Origin: the human T2T-CHM13v2.0 reference genome, Homo sapiens
DNA: 64,000 bases
NCBI RefSeq assembly: GCF_009914755.1
Contig: NC_060938.1
Reading direction: 5' to 3' (one strand)
Positions 16,388-30,911 of the stretch are shown here, piece by piece; the first letter of the stretch is position 1; the number at the start of each line of letters is the position of its first letter. A program made the position numbers and the translations under genes. The notes under the pieces are model-generated. The model was not told the DNA's origin, made no database searches, and was given only the letters and a program-made list of their open reading frames with translations.

Positions 16388-18469
16388 TGATGATTTTCAT
16401 TTAATGGTGTTCTACAAAGTGAGTTTAGGCAGTGAAAGGGCACAAGTCACCTATAGTTTACCAGAAAGTAGTATCAGTCACCAGCGTTGAAGCATACTCC
16501 TAACCCTGGAAAATTTCTTCAGCAGCCAGAATTAATCTCAGATTTTGAGACTGGAGCAAAGACTAATTTGGTATGTGTTCATTCAGATTAGTAAATCTCC
16601 ATGGTGTTCGAACTGTATAATATCAAATCTAAAATAAGTCAAGAGAGTTGGACAATATCTCATCTCTGAGAAAAAAATGCATTATTTTCAAGAGATTTAA
16701 GACTGAATTTAAAATCCAACTGCCTATTCCAGTGTATGTTTCTCTAGAATAAGGCCAAGCCCTACAAATTCTGGATAGTGTCCTCCAAGTTGTGTTTAAG
16801 TGATAATTGATAAATCTATGGTTTAGATACATATGGAATTCCACATAACTCTAGCTCCAGCCTTTGCGAGTAAAAATTGGCAGTGATCATGGCCTTAATG
16901 GAGGCATGTGGTTAATTGGAATTTTCAGTACAAAAAGTCTTCTTCTTACTAGTTTATCAGGGTACCCTATAATAGTATCTATAACTCATTGCCCACTTGT
17001 CTGTTTTGATTTCTTTTTTAAAAATACAATTTTAAACTTAGAGGTTTTGTACCTCAAGTCACATATGTGGCACATTTATAAAATAATCATGCCTTTGCAT
17101 ATTTTTCCTTTGATATCTTAGCTGTATATACAAGCCATTTGTGTTTTTTAATTGCCACAAATATTGCACTGAAATAGAGCACTAGTTGCAAAAATGCCTG
17201 GTATAACATTTCTTCTTGTTCTTGAAAGTAATTTTAATACCCCATGTTTAAGATATTCCTAGCAACTATAAGTAACTATAATTATTTCTGCTAGGTAGAA
17301 GCGTCTTTGTGGTCAACATTTGTGAAGTGCCTTGTAAATAAAAATATGCTTGAGTAGAAATAGTATTTTGCAAATATAGCCCTAAAGAGACCTACTGATT
17401 TTACCAAGAATTAAAGACTCCAAACTCTGTCTTTGTCTTTCAAATTTGGTTTATAGGAACATCTCATTACAATGAGCAAAAAGCCTATCTGATCATTAAA
17501 GAGATAATTTTGACACTTCCAAATGACACAGCTAATTTGTAGTAGATTTTTGAAGTGCAAATTACATGTTTCTGTTTAAATAATGACAGTAAAATATGGA
17601 CACTACCTATTCACACTCTATATACACAACTACAACTTGTCTCTAGAAGAAAAGTTTAATTTTTCAGGTCTCATCCACAAAATGAAGTGTTAATAAGCTG
17701 TATCTTTATTCTCACTTTTAAGTAATTTCTTCTTAACCATTGTATAACACTACCACAGTTTGTATGGAGATAAAATAACTCATGGTGAGAAATCCAGTTC
17801 TTTAAAAAATCATTTGACCTTCAATCACTTTTAAGATATCTATGGTTTTAGAGTAAGGACGAAAATTTATAAACATTTGTTAAATTATGCAACTGTTTTT
17901 GAAGTTGTTTCAAAATTACATTTTCCTTATTTTACAACTAGTTTTCATGTATTCACAAATGAGACACATGAGAATTATTAATGCAAAAGCACAGCATATC
18001 AACAAAGTTTATAATGTAAATAGTTTAGTTAGGAAAGAATGTAATGAGTGAATTATCAAAGCTATTTTATTGGTTCCTAGATTTACCATAGAAGAAAATA
18101 AAGCAGCCTTATAAAAATTTCTCAGCACTGAGTCCATTTAAGGTCTATTTTGTATGCTGTAAGTTCTAAAAAATGTTATTGCCGGTAAAAATAGGATGCC
18201 TATCTAAAATTGTCTTTTTAAAGGTTCTCTCTTATTCTTCTTCCCTTCCTATGTGTGCACAGAATACTGTCATCGTCTTGATTGGAACACTGTCTCTCTT
18301 TCTCAGAGGGTGTACATTTGTAGAAGGGAGAAAATATTTGTTAATTTTGCTTCCTATAAGATAAGGTCTCAATGGTTGAAGGTCAGTTGACAAACTTTTT
18401 TTTGTCTTCATACTATTATCTTGGAATTACCAACTGGCTTCTATTTAGATTTTGAATAATGAAAGAAAA

Positions 18470-18695
18470 GAACTAGCATTTCTTAGAACTTACTGTGTTC
18501 CAGAAACTTTATTGATGCCATTTCTTCTCATTATCACATTCATTCTTTCAGTTAGTATTATTTTTTTCCATCTTAATAAGGTGGGACCAGAGGTTTTGTA
18601 ATATCCACTAACCCACTGTGGATTTCATGGATTGCAAGAGGAAGAAAGCATGGTGGAACTCAGGTTTCTCTGATTCCAAATTCACATCCTTTCAT
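18470..18695 (-). mobile_element. Degenerate MIR
   Basis: ctagcatttcttagaacttactgtgttccagaaact...gaactcaggtttctctgattccaaa resembles antisense MIR. Confidence 0.55.
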
Positions 18696-18780
18696 GTCTC
18701 CATGAAAAATAGAAAAGATAAATTGGGCTCTATTCTAACAAGAGAAACACAATTTTCCGTCAGTTAAATGAATAATTCTT

Positions 18781-18901
18781 TTTTATTTTATTTTATTTTA
18801 TTTTTATTATTATACTTTAAGTTTTAGGGTACATGTGCACATTGTGCAGATTAGTTACATATGTATACATGTGCCATGCTGGTGCGCTGCACCCAGATAC
18901 C
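18781..18901 (-). mobile_element. 121-bp, extremely 5'-truncated young L1 (L1PA2/L1HS-type)
   Basis: T-rich tail plus the L1 3' terminus with young diagnostics ccatgctggtgcgctgcaccca and cacattgtgcag.ttagttac. Perfect 16-bp TSD taaatgaataattctt at 18765-18780 and 18902-18917. Confidence 0.95.
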
Positions 18902-19654
18902 TAAATGAATAATTCTTAAACCTCAAAAATAAAACGTAACAAAACCTCAATTCAAGAGTAGAGATAAAGGTTGTGACATGGGTAGCAGGGACATATGTCT
19001 AGTGACATAGATTTCCTATGCATATCTCACCAAAAATCCCCCTCATGATTTTCAAATCAGATGCATAACTATATTTAATGAGTTTCCCGAATCATTAATA
19101 TCAGGCTCTGAAAACAGGATCATTAAAAATGATTAAGACTTTCAACAACAAAGATCTTATCTAAATAGTAAGGAAATTATATTAGATGGCTCCATTCCCT
19201 GGGCAGTCTAGTTAACAATTCGACTTGTTCAAAGCTATAAAATATGGCAACTTAAAAAATTATGAAAGTTTTTCTAACTTTGTGCTTAAGGTAGTTGGCC
19301 ATTCTTCCTCTTGGGAATAAGAAGGGTAGATTTTCTGTCGAAGTATTTTGCTATTGCTTTTCAATTTCCTTTTATGGAAAATAGATAAAATAGCAATTTT
19401 TTAATTATAAATTTAAAGTCAAAATGGAGATAATTAAGTATCTCCATTAATTAAGTAAAGATTAATTTTTTTAAAATAGCATTTACTACATTCTAATCAA
19501 TCAATTGATTGACTATTTTTATCCCTGGCTCAATGTAACTCTCTTTGACATACTCTTGTCTTAATTCTAGTTTAAGTCAACAATGTGTAATCATAGATGA
19601 CTCCTTGCCATTTTGATCTCTCAGTTCTATGAACACCTTTGATCTAACAATAAT

Positions 19655-20350
19655 GTTTTCCAACAGAATTATTTCTACTCAAATTTCTGAGATCAAATTT
19701 GTGGATTCAGTCTCACCCCAATCAATTCTTCAACTCTCAGGACACCAAATGGTGTCCTACAATTCAATTCAATCCTGAGACTATCTATCTGGAGATAGCA
19801 TCAGATCCCAAAAGTTCAGGGTTCAGGCCCACAAGACTGCCCCCACACCATTAGAGAGGAGTTGTGGGCCTCCCATACTCCTGACCAACTGTCTATAAAT
19901 TAGGACCTCCATGGATTCCTTCCCCAGGTTCTATAATTTGCTAAGATGGCGCACAGAACCCAAGAAAGCACTTAGCTTACAGTCACTGTCTGATACAAAT
20001 CAGGAACTGTCAAATAGAAGAGACACATAGGGCCAGGTATGGTGAAAAGGGGCACAAAGCTGCCATATGACCTCTAAGTATATCACTCTATCACCCTCCC
20101 AGCACCTCAGAGGTGATGGAGGAGAGGGCTGACAGTTTCAACCATCTAGTTATGCCTTCATGTTTCTGATGTCCAGCACACACCCTGAAGCTATACGGGT
20201 CTCCAGCCGGCACTCATGTCATGTCAATAGCATAAACTCAGGTATGGCTAAAAGGGACTTATGACTAGTAAAGGATGGTCCTCTCATCTCTATCAGGAAA
20301 TTTCAAGTTTTAGGAGCTCTGTACTGTGAACTGGGGAGGAAGACCAAATA
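19655..20350 (-). mobile_element. MER21-family LTR
   Basis: ggtgtcctacaattcaattcaatcctgagactatctatctggagatagcatcagatccca...cccacaagactgcccc...aggagctctgt...gaagaccaaata follows MER21. Confidence 0.8.
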
Positions 20351-20365
20351 GGACATACCCTAGAC

Positions 20366-20553
20366 CAGTTGTGCTAACTACAGTGTGCCTCAAAATTGCC
20401 TACAGTTGTGTTACAATAAGAGATTCCTGAGGCCTGCTATTGGAATTTCAGATTTGGTAGATCTGGGGCTGTAACCTGAGAATATGCACTTCTAGTAAGT
20501 TCCCAGGTGATGCTGATGCTGCTAGCACAGGGACCACACTTCCAGACGGACTG
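20366..20553. mobile_element. MER5A hAT-Charlie DNA transposon
   Basis: gagaatatgcacttctagtaagttcccaggtgatgctgatgctgct...gggaccacactt matches MER5A. Confidence 0.8.
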
Positions 20554-20639
20554 AGTGAAGCATCGTCATTACTTATAATAGGAACGTCTCTGTAGTCACA
20601 ATTTCATTCATCCTATTCTCTGAGCTCCTCCTTTAATCA

Positions 20640-21200
20640 TTCCCTTTCATACGCTGACATAAAATTTTTCAATCTCTCTGAGACCTCCAAACTATTATTT
20701 TATCATATTCACAATGACCCTTACCTACTTGATGTACTCTATTTCCTGTTCTCCTGCCTAAATTCCATGGCCAACCATTCCCAGGAAACTTCAACTTCCT
20801 TGTTTCTCTTTCACTTTGCTGAATCTAACCAGGAAAATAACCCTGGTTAGATCCAAATTTCCACCAAATCCCCACATATATTTGAGCAACTAGCTATATG
20901 GATCAAATTGAAAAATATCCCACTTGAAAATGAGAATCTCAGTGCTGCCTATCAATCAATCATACTACATATGTTCCAATCTATTCATTCTCTAATTTAC
21001 CTAGTTTTGTATCTTATCCTGTCTCTAATCCCTAACACTTGCCCAGAAATCCTCAATGTCTTTTTGGTTGTGCTTCCCTGAGAACATTGAATCATCCAAA
21101 GACAACTTCCACAGACTCCTGAAACCATTTAAACTCACTTTCCCATGTCTACACCCACATACTCTCCATTTTCACCTATTATTATCTGTGAAATAACTGG
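20640..21200 (+). mobile_element. L2 internal fragment
   Basis: ttccatggccaaccat...tcaacttccttg...aaaataaccctggttagatccaa resembles the L2 ORF2 region. Pyrimidine-rich, boundaries approximate. Confidence 0.5.
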
Positions 21201-22124
21201 CCCCTATCTGTATATTGTCTGATGATTATTTCTATATTACAGGTGAAGAAAATAAGAATAGGGTTAGAGCTACTTTCTCATTATAGCATAGCTAAGAATC
21301 AAATCCACGCAGTCCACCACTGAAACTGGGGTTCCAAGTCAGTGTATTTGGAGAAGGAGAGCTAGTAGAAAAATAAGGATGAAAAGATCCAGGATGAAGC
21401 TTCTGATGGAAGAAAACGACATTTTTACTATTATGAACTCCTTGAAGTAGACCTTAAGCATTCTCATCTGGACAAATATCCATTCATCCACTCCAGTGAG
21501 CTGATTAAGTTTTAGGATTTTAAGGGTCAGTGAACAATTATTCCTCATTCAGCAATTAAAGAAGGATTAATATGAATATTATCTTGGAGAAGTTTAATTT
21601 AAAACACATTTGATTGATTTTTGGCAATTGTCTTCTATCAGATCATTACCAATCCATATGAGTTGGTAGGAAGGGAGAAAACCCAAAATTTAATCAGATG
21701 CCTGAAGTTAGGGAACATTTTATAACCAACCCAGGGGGAGAAAAATGCTCAAAAGGGGAAAGATGAGGACAGAAAATACATTTCAAAGATTTTAACTTTT
21801 TGACAAAATGTCATTTCTGTGCAAGAAAAACTGATTGTGTGAATATAACTGTCATTTACATCTGCCAATGTGTTCAGAAATATATAACCTATAATTTTTT
21901 TAATAGTAGTTTGTTAAAACAAAATTTATTCATCAAAGTATCGAAAACATTCTAAAAATACTAAAAATTTTCAATTTAAATATTAAGCTAAACAGCTCTG
22001 TATATATAAATAAGCTCAAACAAACGTGCATGCTTCCCAACAATAACACTGCTACAGATATTGACTGGTGGTTTTGGTTTCATGTCATTTTATAATGGCA
22101 AATCTGGTTAAAACCCAGATTCTG

Positions 22125-22447
22125 GGCTGGGCACAGTGGCTCACGTCTGTGATCTCAGCACTTTGGGAGGCTGAGACAGGCAAATCACAAGATCAACAGA
22201 TCGGGACCATCCTGGCCAACATGGCGAAACCCCATCTCTACTAAAAAAAATACAAAAGTTAGCTGGGCATGGTGGCACGTGCCTGTAGTCCCAGATACTT
22301 GGGAGGCTGAGGCAGGAGAATCACTTGGACCTGGGAGGCAGAGGTTGCATGAGCCGAGACTGTGCCACTGTACTCCAGCCTGGTAACAGAGAGAGACTCC
22401 ATCTCAAAACAAAACAAAACAAAACAAAACAAAACAAAACAAAACAC
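22125..22447 (+). mobile_element. AluSc-like element with (CAAAA)n tail
   Basis: gaccatcctggccaacatgg diagnostic. (caaaa)x8 tail at ~22405-22444. TSD cccagattctg at 22114-22124 and 22448-22458. Confidence 0.95.
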
Positions 22448-22485
22448 CCCAGATTCTGAACTGACTCTCACAATAAGGATCTCAA

Positions 22486-24284
<1,799 letters not shown>

Positions 24285-25919
24285 AATAAGGATCTCAAAG
24301 AGGTCAATATGTATATAATCTATTCTTAAAGAAAAATTTTCTCCAATTGTTTATTGAAATATCACACAGGCTCTGACTTTGTTTATACCCTTAAAAATTA
24401 TGTAGATTCATGTGTAGCTTTTGTAAAGTGAAAGCTCAGAATGTCTACTCTGTTCTGGTACCACTTTAGTTCAATTGTTGGGAAATATTTAATAAAAATG
24501 AATTACTCAACAAATGGAAAATTTGAACTTTGCATACTAAATTTTTACTTCATATTATCAACTCTTGAAAAATAAATGTGTATATTAGAAATGACACTCA
24601 TTTGACTATACCATAATATATTTCAGACATTTTATCTTCAGCTACAGAATTTCTCCATCCTTTGAATTATGTTAGAGGGCTTTAGTTGACCAGTATTGGT
24701 GATTCGCCTCCACTAATTCACAACTCTATTATCTTACCCCCGGGGATGCATTTCCATAGTTCTGCCTTGTTATGAGTGTCATTTTTTTCTTCTGTTTTGT
24801 TGACTGCCATTCAAATAGTTTTGGCTTTATCAGAGATTTTCACTTTATTGTGTGTCACCCCCTCATTTTTTTAGCTTCTCATAATTTACTGTATTATATC
24901 TGCCTGGGCTTTTGGTTCCTTTACAGATTTGTTTCACTTTATTTTTAGCTTATGATACTTCTAAAGTCTGTACCCTTTTAATTTTCACTTGCTTCATCGT
25001 CACATTCTTGTGTTTTGTTTTCATTTCAAAATACCAGAAAGTAGGATGTCTCAGCATCTTGGTGAGTGGAATAGTTTATTTATAATCCAAAAAAAAACCC
25101 CATACTTTTTGTGAGCTATCTGCTTCTAAGTAAAAATTTTATATATAAATTCTTGAAAAAAAGTCTTAAACTTCTGAGGGATTGAATGAGATTTTAAAAA
25201 TCATTCTATACAACAATGGGTGCAAAATTTGTATTCCTCTACTCAAGAGAAATCATGAACATTTGTTATTAGTTTACTAACATCTAAATGTTAATGTATT
25301 CAATTATATATTATTAAAACACGATTAAGCTTAAAAGGTGGAAAAGTATAAAACAAACAAGTGTATAATCTACCTTTATTAATATGAAACATCTTTTTCT
25401 CTCCTGAAAATAAAGATTAACCAGGGGTGTGCTGGGGCGGGAGGGGGTGTGTTGGAGGGAGAAAAGCGATGATTTGCCAATTTCAGCACAAAACTGAAAA
25501 TGGTTATTAATCTTTACTAGCTACAGATATCTTTTAACATATATTGAAATCTATGACCCTTAAAAAGAAAACATATATACAGATTTTGACAAAACTTTGC
25601 AGTTCCACTCATGGATCCTTGTATAAGAATCCCTTTTATATGTGTGTTTGCAATTTAAAGAGTTCAGACTTTATGATTCACAGGTGATAATTAATGATTT
25701 AAAATCATCACTTAGGCTTTTATAATTTGGGAGTCAGGTGTTTAACTGCTGTAGTAGTAACTGCTTCTTCTCAGAGAAACTTAGGAGCTAAGACCGGGGA
25801 AATGTCCCTTGGTGTGCAACACACCTCTTCTTTCTGAACATATCGTATAAGAAGCTAACTTTGTCTCAAAGTTTATATGACTTTTGCATTTGCAGTTACT
25901 AGCTATTTTCTTTTGGAAC

Positions 25920-26617
25920 TGTTGGACTTGGAGAACTTTCCCTCTACCCTCTGAAGGTATGATAACTGAGTCTATTGAATAAATGGATAACAGGCATGTC
26001 AAAAGAAGAAAATGTGTACTCATTTATTACACGCATGGGGGAATCACAGGAAAGAAAAGTGGAATCAAAAACAAAACAAACAAAACACCATCAAGAAAAA
26101 ACCCCAGGGAGATTTAGGAGCTTATAGGGAAGGCAGGAGGAAGAATGTAGGAAACTGAGGGGAGAGCAAATGACTTTTGGGAAAGATGACCAGACCCTTA
26201 GGAGAATAGATGATAGTTTGTGGCAGTCTGTCTTAGTGTGTTATGGACCCTTAGTCTTGTCTCCTGTGATATGAGGAGTCAATTTTCCCTGGCTGATGAA
26301 ACTTCTAGAAAGGAGATGAATGTCTTTGTGCAGACAAGACAGTATCTTGAAGTTTTGATTTCCAATTCAGTTCTAAATCTGCAGTGTATAAAAATCTCCT
26401 CATCATGCTTTGGATGCTATGGTAGATAAATGGTATCTTTACAAAGATACATTCATTCTGGTATTGAAAGTTACTTTTGGAGGATCTCTCTTGAGGAACG
26501 TAAAGGGAGTGCAGAGAAAGCATGTCCCGTATTTGTTGTTTTTCAAATATTTTCAGTTCGATGTAATCAGTACACCAAAGCAATCCATTTAGGACTGACA
26601 TTTCCTGAACACCTTCA
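25920..26617 (-). mobile_element. Solo ERV1 LTR (MER39/MER34 family) carrying an internal 148-bp insertion
   Basis: TG...CA termini and a 4-bp TSD gaac at 25916-25919 and 26618-26621. The terminus ttcagttcgatgtaatcagtacaccaaagc...catttcctgaacaccttca resembles the reverse complement of the MER39/34 5' end. Confidence 0.75.
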
Positions 26618-27529
26618 GAACTCTTTTTATCCCATGTTATTTCTATGAGATCACGTGATTTAAGAACAACTTTTACTTGCCACTTACATATATATTGAAA
26701 AGGCAAACTTTCCTTTCATAGTTTGCTAATTTTGCCAAAGTACTTTAATAAAAGTTAAATTAAATGAGTAAGTGAAATTTTCTGTTCTATTGTTTTGAAA
26801 ACAATTCTAGAGACTGTCCTTGTAAGAACAGCAAAAAGAGAAAAAGATAATTCTCAACTGCTGCTTCAACCATTCTTTGCTTAACAATGAGTTAATTAAA
26901 AGGCAAAACTCTCTATTTCAGGTTTATTGTGTCAATTGCTTGATTAGAAAGTAAATTATTTACCACATATAATCTGGTTTCAAAAAACTTATAAAATTAC
27001 TTTGATTTTATTGCTTATAAGTTTGTGAATTTAAATGTCAACTGACAGTGATGAATTTATTTGCTTTGTGCTGACAAGACAGTATCTTGAAGTTTTGTTT
27101 TCCAACTCAGTTCTAAATCTGCAGTGTATCAAAATCTCCTCATTATGCTTTGGATGTTATGGTACATAAATGGTTTCTTCACAAAGATACATTCATTCTG
27201 GTACTGAAAGTGCCTACTTAAAATTCTGCATGAACAGTTTTATTGAAAAAATATGTAGACAAGCCATTAATTATACACAGTGATTTGGAACAAATTCTTA
27301 CAAGAAGTATAGCATGTCTTCCATTAACTGTATACAATTTATAAAAAGTTACTGAAAGTCTTCCTGAAGTTAAACAATAAATCTTTTAAATTTAACCACT
27401 GTGCTCCCTCAAAGGTAATTTTTTGTTTATGACACTCACTTAGGGGACACAGTCAGATCTCAGCCTACTTTAAACAACTAGGCAGTATTTTTAGTGCACT
27501 TTTCTGTTTGTTAAAAAGCTAGTTGTCAA

Positions 27530-29274
27530 AGTTGGCACCAGAGTTGGGGAGTTTTAAGAGGTTTAGAAGCCTAGCCATGAATACCCACAACAGTTACGGA
27601 GGCAAAGGAAATAGGCCTTTGAAAAGAAGGTAATGTCCTCTCCCTCTCCCTCTCCCTCTCCCCATGGTCTCCCTCTCCCTCTCTTTCCACGGTCTCCCTC
27701 TCCCTCTCTTTCCACGGTCTCCCTCTGATGCCCAGCCGAAGCTGGACTGTACTGCTGCCATCTTGGCTCACTGCAACCTCCCTGCCTGATTCTCCTGCCT
27801 CAGCCTGCCTAGTGCCTGCAATTGCAGGCGTGCGCCACCACGCCTGATTGGTTTTCGTATTTTTTTGGTGGAGACGGGGTTTCACTGTGTTGGCCAGGCT
27901 GGTCTCCAGCTCCTAACCGCGAGTGATCCTCCAGCCTCGGCCTCCCGAGGTGCCGGGATTGCAGACAGAGTCTCGTTCACTCAGTGCTCAATGGTGCCCA
28001 GGCTGGAGTGCAGTGACGTGATCTCTGCTCGCTACAACCTCCACCTCCCAGCAGCCTGCCTTGGCCTCCCAAAGTGCCGAGATTGCAGCCTCTGCCCGGC
28101 CGCCACCCCGTCTGGGAAGTGAGGAGCGTCTGCCTGGCCGCCCATCGTCTGGGATGTGAGGAACCCCTCTGCCTGGCTGTCCAGTCTGGAAAGTGAGGAG
28201 CGTCTCTGCCCGGCCGCCATCCCATCTAGGAAGTGAGGAGCGCCTCTTCCCGGCTGCCATCCCATCTAGGAAGTGAGGAGTGTCTCTGCCCGGCCACCCA
28301 TAGTCTGAGATTTGGGGAGCTCCTCTGCCCTGCCACCCCATCTGGGATGTGAGGAGCCCCTCTGCCTGGCTGCCCATCGTCTGAGATGTGGGGAACACCT
28401 CTGCCCAGCCGCGACCCCCTCTGGGAGGTGAGGAGCGTCTCTGCCCGGCCGCCCCATCTGAGAAGTGAGGAGCGTCTCCGCTAGGCAGCCACCCCGTCCG
28501 GGAGGGAGGTGGGGGTCAGCACACGCCAGGCCAGCCACCCCGTCCGGGAGGGAGGTGGGGGGTCAGCCCCTGCCCGGCCAGCCGCCCCATCCGGGAGGGA
28601 AGTGGGGGTCAGCCCCCACCCGGCCAGCCGCCCCATCCGGGAGGGAGGTGGGGGGTCAGCCCCCGCCCGTCCAGCCGCCCCGTCCATTAGGTGAGGGGCG
28701 CCTCTGCCCGGCCGCCCCTACTGGGAAGTGAGGAACCCCTCTGCCCGGCCACCACCCCATCTGGGAGGTGTACCCAACAGCTCATTGAGAACAGGCCATC
28801 ATGACAATGGCGGTTTTGTGGAATAGAAAAGGGGGAAAGGTGGGGAAAAGATTGAGAAATTGGATGGTTGCTGTGTCTGTGTAGAAAGAAGTAGACATGG
28901 GAGAATTTTCATTTTGTTCTGTAATAAGAAAAATTCTTCTGCCTTGTGATCCTGTTGATCTATGACCTTACCCCCAACCCTGTGCTCTCTGAAACATGTG
29001 CTGTGTCCACTCAGGGTTAAATGGATTAAGAGCGGTGCAAGATGTGCTTTGTTAAACAGATGCTTGAAGGCAGCATGCTCGTTAAGAGTCATCACCACTC
29101 CCTAATCTCAAGTACCCAGGGACACAAACACTGTGGAAGGCCGCAGGGTCCTCTGCCTAGGAAAACCAGAGACCTTTGTTCACTTGTTTATCTGCTGACC
29201 TTCCCTCCACTATTGTCCTATGACCCTGCCAAATCCCCCTCTGCGAGAAACACCCAAGAATGATCAATTAAAAA
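27530..29274 (+). mobile_element. SVA retrotransposon (C/D-like) with 107-bp 5' transduction
   Basis: CCCTCT hexamers from 27637, Alu-like region ~27728-28090, GC-rich VNTR ~28090-28770, SINE-R ~28770-29268, then an A tail. 17-bp TSD aaaaagctagttgtcaa at 27513-27529 and 29275-29291. Confidence 0.97.
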
Positions 29275-30321
29275 AAAAAGCTAGTTGTCAAGAATAAGTT
29301 GCTCAAATATCTTCCTCAATTACTTTTTATTTTGTTTTGTAATTATTATTCTATTTTGGTTTTCCTTTAGAATTGTGAAATATCTTGAATCAGAAATTGC
29401 AGAGAATATATAAATGTGTAAGAATACACTCTGCAATCAAACTAGATCTCGAAAGTGTTTTGTTGTAGATTATACCTTGAATTCGAAGGCCATTCTATAC
29501 AAGGCACTTGAAAAATTTTCAAGCTCATATATTTCATAATAGTACAGAATTTATTGTTCTTTTATTTGCAAGGAGATAGACCAGATAAAATATCACTTTA
29601 TTTTTTACAGTGTTGACTTTGATATTCTAAACTTGTCAGTTTATACAGATTAATGAAGACTCCGTACATGTAAAATTCACTATAATTTTTTTTCTGGTAT
29701 GAGAATATAAAGAAATAGTAACTACATAACCAAACAGGTAAAGTAAAAATATACAATAGCTTGACAAAAAAAAAAAGAAGAAGGAAAAAGAAACCCCTAT
29801 ACATTCCTTAACATTCTAAATCTCTGAGGACCAAATTGGATTCAAAAGAAACATTTCTGGTGGGCAGGGAAAGGGCTAAAAATCTAAAGTATATAATAAG
29901 TAAATTCCTCATTGCTATAAAATATATGACCAGCATGACATTTCAATACATGTTCAAGTTTTCTGAAGAAAGTTCTAGGATAATAGGATTTCAACTTTTG
30001 ATTCTACAGATATCATTCTTGTGATTGGTATGGGAGAATCATCCTCTCCATGTATTAGTGGATTCAAATGAAAAAAATCAGGCAGCTAGTTCCTTTCCAA
30101 GAAGCCTTAGAGATTGTTGTACATAAAAATAGCCATATTTCTGATTCAAATTTTAATTAGAGAACTCTCTTTATTCCCTCTTCAGCATAAAATTATGCAC
30201 TGGCACTCTGCTCTGCAGACAAGTAAAACTTCTTACCTGCTATAATTTGAGATACCCAAGACTCAGAACATATTATCTCCTATCTGAAAGTCCCAAAAAT
30301 CTTCTCAGGACAAAAAAAACA

Positions 30322-30569
30322 AAAAGTTAAATACACAGAGATAGAGTATAAAACAGTGGTTACCAGGGGCTGGGGGTGAGAAGAGAAAATGGAGATAGAG
30401 AATTCAAAGGATGCAAAGTTGCAGATATGTAGAATTAACAAATTGAGGGATCTAATGTACAACATGAGAACTGTAGGTATTAATATTTATTGTATATGGC
30501 ATTTAACTAAAAGGGTAGTTTTTAGGTACGCTTTCCTCACACACATATCCAAAAGAAAGGTAACTGAGA
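30322..30569 (+). mobile_element. Old L1M (L1MA-like) 3'UTR fragment
   Basis: agagtataaaacagtggttaccaggggctggggg...caaaggatgcaaagttgcagatatgtag...gatctaatgtacaacatgagaact resembles L1MA 3' ends. Confidence 0.75.
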
Positions 30570-30911
30570 TTTTCAAAGGGAATGTTTCCAGGTTTTGCCC
30601 ATTCAGTATGATATTGGCTATGGGTTTGACATAAATAGCTCTTATTTTGAGATACGTCCCATCAATATCTAACTTATTGAGAGTTTTTAGCATGAAGGTT
30701 GTTGAATATTGTCAAAGGGCTTTTCTGCATCTATTGAGATAATCATGTGGTTTTTGATGTTGGTTCTGTTTATATAATGGATTATGTGTATTGATTTGTG
30801 TATGTTGAACCAGCCTTGCATCCCAGGGATGCAGCACATTTGATCATGGTAGATAAGCTTTTTGATTTGCTGCTGGATTCGGTTTGGTAGTATTTTATTG
30901 AGGATTTTGCA
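30570..30911 (-). mobile_element. Internal L1PA ORF2 fragment cut by the satellite
   Basis: Translates to [23 protein letters not shown]...[13 protein letters not shown] and [16 protein letters not shown]. It is homologous to 8163-8510 of the full-length L1 but more diverged. Confidence 0.93.

Noticed and set aside
27865-28731. GC-rich ORF cluster or CpG-island gene
   Set aside because: It lies entirely within the SVA Alu-like and VNTR regions.
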